Source of the DNA: the human T2T-CHM13v2.0 reference genome, Homo sapiens
Reading direction: 5' to 3' (one strand)
Length of the DNA stretch: 64,000 nt
NCBI RefSeq assembly: GCF_009914755.1
Contig: NC_060935.1
The notes beneath the pieces were generated by a model. That model was not told where the DNA came from and searched no databases. It saw nothing but the letters and a program-made list of their open reading frames with translations. The position numbers and the translations under genes are program-made. Numbering within the stretch: position 1 is the stretch's first letter; each line of letters opens with the position of its first letter. Positions 54,668-64,000 of this stretch are shown piece by piece.

Positions 54668-56974
54668 CCTTCCTTAATCTCGTTCTAAACTAGTTGCAAC
54701 TTCTTCCACCTTATTTCCTCAGAAGTTAAGACTGTGACGGAGCCCCACCTACTATTCCAGCTATCTAAAAAGGCACAATAGAAAGGTTTTTTGTTTGCTG
54801 CATTATGAAAAATTCTGAGCCAAGTGAAAAAAAGAACACGCTGACATTTCAAGCATCCAAGCGAGCCTGATCTTAAGCATGTCGGGTGATATGGAGAGCA
54901 TGGGAAAAGAAAGAGAACTGAAGGACATTTTCAATCCCCCTGAGAACCTACAGCCAAATTTTTTTCTTGGTACAAGAGAATAGTTCCTTAGAATCGGGTA
55001 AACTATAGGATACTACGAATCCTAAATTATAATTCCTTCATGAATTCTCTTTCCTCCTGAGAACTAAATTCTAATCGAGAGTTGAATCCGACTTCTGTTG
55101 GCAGAAGATCTGACCTTGTGAGTAGAGAAGTCATGTGGTTGGTGCAACTTAACGTAACTCATGGCAGCCTATGAGGAACTGCTGTAGGGAAGGTAGCCAC
55201 TGAAGGGAAGGTCTTTGAGTATTTTTTCCATGTGGAATTCAGTTAAAGAAAAGCTGCACCTTCATACCATGAGAACTATCTGCTTGGATATTCTTTCTTG
55301 ACAAGAGAAGGAATTCTTAGGATATACCATTGCCTTCCCTACTCCTCCTCAGCAGAGCCACTCAGTTTACCATTAACATCCAAAAAATTATTACCATGTC
55401 CTATGTCTTATCTTTTTGGCAAGTTGGCACGATAGTATAGGAAAAGATCTAGAAGCAATTGAACTTACTTTTGTTCTGTGATTTTGGAAAAACATAGCTC
55501 TGTCATGAGTGTTTTTAATATAATTGAAAGACATCTGATATAAAGTTAATAACAAATGTCAATGAATAAAACAACAGCCTGGTTCCTATGTGAGTTTCTC
55601 TTGTGCATCACTTTCAAAATGTGAAACAAATAAAGATACTGAGAAGGGCTAGCAGCTAGGAAAAAAACTTTCATACAATACAGGAATGTCTGTAGTTTAA
55701 AAATTATGGCTAACCCTGAGATATTGAGTGAAGTCACATAAGACAGAAACTCAGAGATTGGCATTAAGAAATGAGACTTCTCCCAAGAAAGATATTTATC
55801 TGACTCCTAGGCTGGCATCCACTCATGTGATCATTCCCAGTTTAAAGAGTATTAGCAACATTTAAAATAATACAGGTTAGGTTTATTAAAATTGATACAA
55901 TTGTTTCACTCTTTACTAGATCACAAAATTACCTTCAAACCCCAATCCAAATTGCTTATATCAAGACATGAGATATTTCACTATCAGATGTTCTGGCTAT
56001 GCATTGGAGATAATTGTAACTAGTTTTGACCTAGTTACAACACAATTTCTACAACAAAATTTCCTTGGAAGTAACTTGAAAATCCTGGTGGTGGCATTAG
56101 GACCTACTCAGCCTCCACACCCGTCTCAACCTGCTCATATATATATACCCCTTGAGCCCTTCATAGACATCCTACATACACAGATTCTTGGGGTTTATTC
56201 ACCAATCTTGAGAGCCCTAGAAGAATATTTTGAGCATGTGGAACCCATGTTTCTCCATCTAGTTAATCTCTGAACCTAATCTTACTCAGCACCTTAAGCT
56301 AGGGACAAGTTTTATATATTGCCTAATGAGCCAGTAAGTTAGTGAAATCATCTCAATATGATGTATGTTTCTCTATATCTAAAAAGCATATAGAGCTAGC
56401 ACTCTGCCTATATATGATTCAGACTACTCTATAAATAAACTGCACAAGACCAGGACTTCTCAACTTGAGAATATCTTAGACTTCACTTGATCCACATAGC
56501 TGATGACTCTATAAATAGGGTAGATAAGAGATTTTTGCTCTTGGCAAGTAGGGAACTGTCTGCCTATTACACAGGATGTATCCATGGTGAAAGTCATGAC
56601 CAGATGCTCCTTACCCATGTCTCTAATGTGCTCTTATTCGATAAGGTTTGGGAAGAGGGTTGAAGAGGAAAAGATGAAGGCATCCTAGATTAATAATAAA
56701 TACAGACTCTTCTAGCAGAATGACTCCTGTGCTGATGAAACAAGAACATAAATGCAAGACTGGCCTATCTATTATAGCTGTACCATTTAGCATGTACGTG
56801 TGTGTGAGAATCCTCACAGTAATTACATTCTCACAGTAATTTCCCCTTGAATGGAGAGGGTCCTATAAAACTGCCCCCCGATAGTGTCAGTCTCTCTTAA
56901 GAATCATATTATCGTATTACTATTTGCTAGAGTCTTATCTATTCTGGGCTAATCCTTTTCTAATCCTTTCTAAT

Positions 56975-57760
56975 TTAATTATTTAATCCAAGTTATTCAT
57001 GCACATTGTTTAAAGAATTAAGATTTCCATAAGGATTATTTAAAACAAAATTAAACCAAACAAAACAGCTGTCCTCTATCAAAATCCTTGCCTGTTTTCT
57101 GCTCCTCAGAGAAAATCACTTTAAATTTGTTTGATTGTTAATTTTAGTATTTACCTCCATATCTCTACTTAACATGGTTATTGTCCCACTTCTTTGTCTG
57201 GGGGAGGTTTTGGTATTAACGATTATGGTCCTATGGAAGAGGATTTTGTTCTCTTTCACTACCACTTCTTGTGCTCCATTTATCTGAAATGATTGTATCA
57301 TAATTATGATAGGACCAGCATTCAGTACTTACCTTAATATGACAAAGAAAACATTACTCACAGCCTAGCCTTGTAGTATACTAAAATAACTTTCACTTTT
57401 CTGTGTTTTGTTTTCCTGGAGTTAAAAATTACAGTAAACTGTTTAGTTTTCTGTGTACTTACATGTCATCAGTTCATAAACCAACTCTCTCAATATATGC
57501 AGACACATCAGGCATCTCATCAATTTCATCTTCTTAGAGACATTTTCTTATAGCTTTCTGTCCTACTCCAGTGTGAAATGTGGTTTCTACGTTTCACAGC
57601 AGCTTTCTTGGGGTCTCTCTTCATCATTAACCTGGGGATTCCTTTGTCTTTATCTTGAGTTTGATCTTCTGATCTTTAGATCCTATTTTTTTCTTCTTTT
57701 CTTAGCATAGTCTCTTGTGTTATGGGGCACAGTTTGCAGCAGTTTCCTCAAAAAGGGTGT
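56975..57760 (-). mobile_element. HAL1/L1ME-like fragment
   Basis: CATCAATTTCATCTTCTT...CTTCATCATTAACCTGGGGATTCC resembles antisense HAL1. Confidence 0.55.
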
Positions 57761-58519
57761 TTCCTCAATGTTCTCAGATAGTAGTTCATGATAGATACAG
57801 AACAAGATAATTCAATTCAGAAGTGCCAATATCTGGTATGTATAATAAATGCCTTGATATTCTGGTAGATATTCTTGAATTCATTTACTCAACAAATATT
57901 TGACAAATATTCTTTAAGCCTCTGTTATGTGTCAAGCACCAAGTACAATGTCCTTTAATGCAGAAACATAAATGGTGTTAAATTATAAGTCTGTAAATAT
58001 TTTACAGTTTCAAATCCCTAATCAAATGTATGAAAAATTGTGATTGGTAACAATCTATAGTTGCTACCCTTCTCTTCCACCTTTGAACTAAAGTGTTATT
58101 ATATCCAGTGTCCAAATGGGGATAACTTATGCATTACTTAGTGTAATAAAATCAGATTTTAAAAATATATATACAATTACCATGACCTTCTTTTTTTTTG
58201 CTTATTGTTGAAAAGCAACTTGAAATCGAAGTTAGTGCTGGTTAAGCTCAATGTTTCTGAAAAAGGAATCCGAAGTCCCAGATCCCAAATATTGAAGTGT
58301 TTGTACAATACTTTCATTCACTCTGTGAATCTTAATGTTATACATGAAAAGGAATTCACAAAATGCAATAAGGCATGTCAGCATTTGTCCAGCTCTATGT
58401 GGGGTATTCCTTAATCACTTTTATGAATCTCATTTGTCTATAGCTTAAGAAACTTTGCTCAACAAGTATAAACTGCTATCTATATCTTACAGAAAATTTA
58501 AGTCTTTCTTATTTATGTA

Positions 58520-58740
58520 ATGGGAAATATCATACTAGTTAAGAACAAGGCTCTAGAGCTAAATTACCTGGGTTTAAATCTTGTCTCTGTCATTTCCTGA
58601 CCGAATAAGCATGACTGAATAATTTATGTTCCCTTTGCTTCATTTTTTCTGTCTGCAAATTGGGGACAATGATAGCAGGATTAACATGAAATAATTCATG
58701 TCAAGTACCTTGAACAGTACCTGGCCCTTATCATTATAAT
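58520..58740 (+). mobile_element. MIR
   Basis: GGCTCTAGAGC...CCTGGGTTTAAATCTTG...TGCAAATTGGGGACAATGATAG. Confidence 0.75.
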
Positions 58741-58889
58741 TATCCAATTATTGTCCCAAATATAACATATAGGGAAAAATATAAGACTTTTTCTTGCAGA
58801 GGGATTACTCATCTCCTTCCTTTACTCTGTGGCATGTGTTTTCCTTTGACTGTTAAAAATTCCTATTTCTTTTGGTTATTAGAATAATG

Positions 58890-59015
58890 TTATGATTATT
58901 ATTATCCCATTTTCAAAGTAAGCAAACTGAGATTCAGATGTTAAGTGATTAGCCCAGGGTCCACACTTAAACCCAAGTCCTTTATTCACAAATCCCATGC
59001 TCATTCTATTACATG
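58890..59015 (-). mobile_element. MIR fragment
   Basis: ATTATTATCCCATTTTC...AAACTGAGATTCAGATGTTAAGTGATTAGCCCAGGGTC. Confidence 0.75.
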
Positions 59016-59840
59016 AAACGGCCACCATATAAAACAGCAAATGACGATAATTTATCAGTTTTTAACGAAATGACTTTGGCTCTTGTATTTGAAGAAAATA
59101 CACACTTTTATTTTTAATGCAATGACTGTGGCTCTTGTATTTCGAGAAAATGCTGACAGTAATGACTCTATGTACAACGATAAAGCTAGAAAGATTACTT
59201 CAGCCCAAGGAGATTCTATACCATGAAAATGGGAAGGTTGCAGCTTTTGGCCATGGCTGCTATTTTGGGTGATTCAGTCTCCCAAACCCCTGGTGAGCCT
59301 GAAGCTTTGTTTGGGAAGGGAACAAATAAGTCTCTGGCAACCAACCCAAATGTCATTCAAAACAAACTATCAAAATGTATATAGTTTTAAAATATATGTC
59401 CATGTTCATATTATAAATTTAAAGTGTAAGTTTTAGAGAAGGATCAAATAGTTATTAGGAGTTTAAAAACAAATTATCTGCAGGACTGTTTTATACTGAG
59501 ATTTTTTTTAAATTGGTTTAGTTGATTTATAAGCTTCAAGGTGTGGCAACACCTAATTCTGTCATCTTTACTGACGCTACTCCTAAGCCATTGGATTATT
59601 TGTTCAACAAAAAAACTTCCCATTGTATCTAGAGCAATTAAAAATTGAAGATACAGTTGAATAAACTATTTAATTCTTTAATACCTAACACACTTAGATC
59701 CCCACTCCTTCTATATCCTTTGTTTTAAATACTTGATTTTTAATATATATAATGCATTAAAACCAAAGGACCTTAAGAACTAACAGATACATTTTACCTT
59801 TTCCCTTCTTGCATTCTTTGCTTCAATCTATAAATAAAAT

Positions 59841-60484
59841 TGATATAGGAGTTAAAAAGAAATTATTTAGGCAGATAGTGAGGGTATGGGGGTCATTAGT
59901 AAGGGTTTCCTTTTAATGAAAAGCAGCCCCAAAATCATTTTCTTTTCTAACAAAGACCAGCCTGTAAAATTGACCTGGAGACATAGACAAGGGATCTAGA
60001 AGCTTGCACAGGTGAATGCCAGCAGCTGTGCCAGTAGGAAAAGGCTACATGGAACTAGGCATGTTCAAAATGGCGGCTCCATCTTCCTTTCTCTTTGCCA
60101 GCCATGTGTATAGTAAGGAGCAGGCAATATGGCACCGACCAGGTAAAGACCCCATTTGTATTATAAGATTAGGGTCAGGTGGCCAGCTTCCCCACACACT
60201 GCGTAAACGTCACACCTGGTCCAACCAATCTGTGGACCCTATGTAAATCAGACACCACCTCCTTAAGCCTGCCTATAAAATCCAGTGCCCCACACCGTGG
60301 CTGGACTTCCCACTCGGGAGCTCCTCTCTCTCTCTCACAGGAGAAAGGGGTGTTCTCCTTCCTCTTTCTTCTGCCAATTAAACCTCCACTCTTAAACTCA
60401 CTCCTTGTGTGTGTCTGTGTCCTTAATTTCCTTGTCATGAGGCAACGAACCTTGGGTATTACCCCAGACAACGATGCCACTCCA
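59841..60484 (+). mobile_element. LTR9-family (ERV1) solo LTR
   Basis: TGATATAGGAGTTAAAAAGAAATTATTTAGGCAGATAGTGAGGG...CCCCAGACAACGATGCCACTCCA; 4-bp TSD AAAT (59837-59840, 60485-60488). Confidence 0.9.
60057..60280 (+). promoter_or_regulatory. LTR9 U3 promoter motifs: p53-type half-site, YY1, CCAAT, TATA
   Basis: AGGCATGTTC (60057-60066), CAAAATGGCGGC (60066-60077), AACCAATC (60223-60230), TATAAAA (60274-60280). Motif presence only; activity unknown. Confidence 0.5.
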
Positions 60485-62200
60485 AAATGTGAAACAAAGC
60501 AATTTCTTGAATATTAAAATATAGACACCATGCATGTCTAAACTTCAAGCAGAGAGATTTTGTTCAGTCATTCAGTATAGCCAGAAAATCTTGAAGCTGA
60601 GTTGTACCCCCAGATCCTCTCACCTCACTTCCTTCCAGACGGAGGAGCTCTCTTACCTGAGTGTAGAGGCTTAAATCTGCTAAAAGGGAGGTGGTCTCGG
60701 ACACAGAATGGGATGATGACTTATCTTGGGCTGTTTTGCTCCATGAAAATTTAGTGGAAAACAACTCCTTATTTGGAGTTGTTTACTCTTTCTGGCTTTT
60801 TCCCTTTCCTGGGACTTAAGGCGATCCTTTCCCTGAGGTTTGGGAAACTCTTCAGAGGAGCCCATGGAGGTGAGTGCCACTGCCCTAGGAAGCTTGTTCA
60901 TGGCCCAAAGCAGCCAGATTTTCACCTTCAGCACAGGCAAGGCTGAGATATGCAAGATTATCTCAGTTGGCCTTATTTAATAAATAGCTCTGTCCTTTTC
61001 AAAGTAACACATTTCCTGAGTCTGAAGCAACACAAATAAACTGGATTTCTGAAAGCTCAATCTTGAGAGGAAACACACAATGAAATAAAATACCTTTGCC
61101 ATTCTTCATAAAAATATAAAGGCAGAAATAAGAAAAAGAGCAACAACTGAAATCCCTGGTCTTCAGTCTAGTCATTTGATCTTCTGCCTGAACCTCTTAC
61201 CAGAGCTGCCTTGATAGCAATGCAATTGATAGGTTTAAATTTTATTTCTACTTTCCACCATCCAGCAGAGATGATGGTAAAGCCAAGTTTGTTAAATGAC
61301 AGGTGAGAAAGATGTGGGGAGTAAAAGAATAGAGAAAATTGAGGTCTGGCTTCCCAATTCCTGTGTAATTGAGCATTAACTGCATCAAGTTTGTGTAATT
61401 TTATGACAAAGCCCAGATGGAGGTGTGAGACAGACTTTAAGAGTTTATATGACTTGCTCTTAATAATATTTTCCTGCTTGGCATGGACATTTTAACAAAA
61501 CAGAGAATGTTTTTGGCTAGATGCATCAGCAGGTTTTCAGGAACTGAAAGGTAAATCAGTACCTGTGCCACTGGGAGAGGGAAAGGACCCAGCTGGATGA
61601 AGCAGAGCAACTGAGAAGACCCACGCTTTGTGATGGGCCAACAGATTCCAGAAGGGTTCATTCTGCAAGGCTGGGAAGGCGTCCAGTATCAATGATGGAT
61701 GGTTTCAGACAGGCTCACTTTTATATGCAGATCCACAGAGCCAAGAGAAGGGCCCAAATCATGCAGTTGTACCCTATCATACTATGAATCCACTGCAATT
61801 TCTACCTCACAGCATCTGGCTGTGTGTGAGATAAATCCAGGTAGCAACTTCACATTCAGAAGCTGCAGAATTTAAGTAACTGTTGCTCCTGCCTTGGAGA
61901 GATCATACCCCTCTATGTTTCAGGTGGGGATGTTTTAGACTCTAGTGAAAATCCATTTAAAATGGGTACTGGTCCCAACTACTTTGTCTAAGTGAATCAA
62001 TTGTTTCTCTCTCTTTCAGGAAGCAGTACAGTGTTAAGTTAGTGAGGAACAACCTGGCCCAGGAAATGGGCCTGTTTGGCAAGTGTTTGACTGAATCAGA
62101 GGAGCAGCCCTGTGGGCAGGTAAAAATCAGACACTCCCCTTGAACAAGGAAGCAATAGGGAAGGAGAGAAGAAAAAGACACACTGTGGATGGGAGCAAAC

Positions 62201-63267
62201 TGTAACCACCCAACAGGTTCCCCTTGCCTGCTGCCTAGACAGAGCCAATTTATCAAGACAGGGGAATTGCAATAGAGAAAGAGTAATTCATGCCGAGCTA
62301 ACTGTGCGGGAGACTGGAGTTATATTACTCAAATCAGTCTCCTGGAAAATTTGGAGATAGGAGTTTTTAAGGATAATTTGGTGAGTAGGGGGTCAGGAAG
62401 CAGAGAGTGCTAATTGGTTGGGTAGGAGATGAAATCAGAGGGAGTTGAAGCTGTCTTCTGCACTGAGTCAGTTCCTGGGTGGGAACAAGACGACCAGATG
62501 AGACAGTTTATCATCTGGGTGGTGCCAGCTGACCCATCTAGTGCAGGATCTGCAAAATATGTCAAGCCCTGATCTTAAGTTGTACAATAGTGGTGCTATC
62601 CCCAGGAGCCATTTGGGGAGGGTTTGTTTTGGGAGACCGCTGTTGTCATCTTTGTTTCAAAGCTGAACTATAAACGGAGTTTCTCCCAAAGCTAGTTCAG
62701 CCTACATCCAGGAATGAACAAGGACAGCTGGGAGGTTAGAAGCAAGATGGAATCAGTTAAGTCAGATCTCTTTGACTGTAAGATTTGTGACAGAGACAGG
62801 AGACAGCCAAGGGTCCCCTTTGAAACCCCATCTTCAGGCCTAAAACAGCCTGAAGGTTAAGAGACCAGACTGCTGGTCCCAGATGAAACCTGCAACCCAG
62901 AGGGAGAACTGCCTTTGTTACCTGCACTTTCCCGACTGATTCTTTCTGAATAATGCCCACATGCGCAATGAGGGAACTAGGTGGAGCCAAGGGAAGTTTG
63001 CACCTTGTGCATGGGGAAGGAGCCTGGGCTCTTCAGCTCTGGAATTCAATCTGTGAGGTGGGAGCTGCTGGCAGCACTCCCTCTTGCTTTACTGAGTGTT
63101 TTTTCTTCTTTCCTTTTTGCCCAATAAATTTGGCTCTCTTCACCCTTCAGTGTGTCCACATGCCTAATCTTTTCTAGTCGTGTGACAAGAACCCAGTTTT
63201 AGCTAAACTAGAAAGCAAAAGTTCTGCATCAAGTGTCTCAGTTATAATTTTTGCAACAGTGTATTGA
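62201..63267 (-). mobile_element. LTR8/LTR8A (ERV1) solo LTR interrupted by another LTR
   Basis: TGTAACCACCCAACAGGTTCCCCTTGCCTGCTGCCTAGACAGAGCC...GGTTAGAAGCAAGATGG; resumes TCTCAGTTATAATTTTTGCAA at about 63236; TSD AAAC/AGAC. Confidence 0.88.
62786..63231 (+). mobile_element. ERV1 solo LTR (LTR27/LTR28/MER52 group) nested in LTR8
   Basis: TGTGACAGAGACAGGAGACAGCCAAGGGTCCCC...AATAAA (63123)...GTGTGACAAGAACCC...CTGCATCA; exact subfamily uncertain. Confidence 0.8.
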
Positions 63268-63394
63268 AGACCATTATTGTTGGCAACATCCCTTGGTCTC
63301 CAGGGAAAACTGCAAGTTGGGACTGGAGAAGAGGGAGGCTGTGAGATGACTTGGGGAAGGAGTACTCTGAGCAGCCTTGCCACATACTAAAGGA

Positions 63395-63620
63395 GAACAG
63401 CTGCAGAGTCTGGTATCACACTGACCTATTTTCAAATCCAAGCTTAGTCATTTCTTAATCATTTGCTACTTTTGTTCATCTAAAGCAAATTAGTTTTTCC
63501 TAGGAACAAAATGAATTTTGTAATAATATCTCAGCTTAAGAGCACTTGTGAGGGTTAAAGGAAATACTTCTCAGGTGTTTATCACTATGCCCAGCACAGA
63601 GTGAGCACTCAGTAGGTCAA
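63395..63620 (+). mobile_element. MIR
   Basis: TTCAAATCC...TGTGAGGGTTAAAGGAAATA...GCCCAGCACAGAGTGAGCACTCAGTA. Confidence 0.7.
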
Positions 63621-64000
63621 TGGCAGGGTTTCATAGCGGCTACCAAGGAAAGGGAAAGTGCTTCTCCTCTCAAAACCATTGTAACTTTCCTCCCAAGTGG
63701 GGAGAAAGGTCCCAGAGGCAGAATGGCTGTTATCCAGGAATGCTCCAGGGCATCCACCTCTCAGGCAGGGCAAATAACCATGACAAAACCCAAACCAACT
63801 ATAAGTAGAAAAGTTAGAAGGGATATTTTATTTTAAAGACTTTGGAGTGTCTCAAAGAAATACAAAGAGAGAAATGCAGTGGGGCCTCAGGAATAACTTG
63901 AAGTAGAAACCTGGGACCCAATTGCTTTGTTTTGTTGAGTAGGATTCCTTTTTCCATGAGGCAACACAGAGCTAAGAAAGGCAACAGGGGAGTTACCACG

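Noticed and set aside
56813-56975. Short repeats CTCACAGTAATT x2 and CTAATCCTTT x2 (similar case at 9956-9988)
   Set aside because: Ordinary slippage duplications.

Overview
Primate, very likely human, non-coding genomic DNA (intergenic or deep intronic). It is AT-rich, CpG-poor and dominated by interspersed repeats: 8 Alus, several L1s (L1PA to L1M), MaLR/ERV solo LTRs (THE1, MST, MLT1, LTR33, LTR8, LTR9, LTR27-like), MIR, L2 and small DNA transposons (MER45A, MER53, MER5-like). I recognised no intact protein-coding gene, RNA gene or CRISPR array. Many supplied ORFs are repeat-derived and none of the rest resembles a protein I recognise. The main gene-derived feature, absent from the ORF track, is a 5'-truncated, internally deleted CCT6A processed pseudogene (minus strand, about 31429-32311). 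Other notable structures: a ~200 bp direct duplication of apparently unique DNA in which one copy preserves the empty site of a THE1 insertion in the other; a twin-primed (5'-inverted) L1PA with a 20-bp TSD; a nested MST/L1/Alu insertion; a near full-length L1MA with a tandem-repeat 5'UTR; perfected palindromes inside MIRs; and a speculative LTR9-promoted spliced transcript. Subfamily names come from remembered consensus sequences and need Dfam/RepeatMasker confirmation. I found no convincing evidence of a new biological system.
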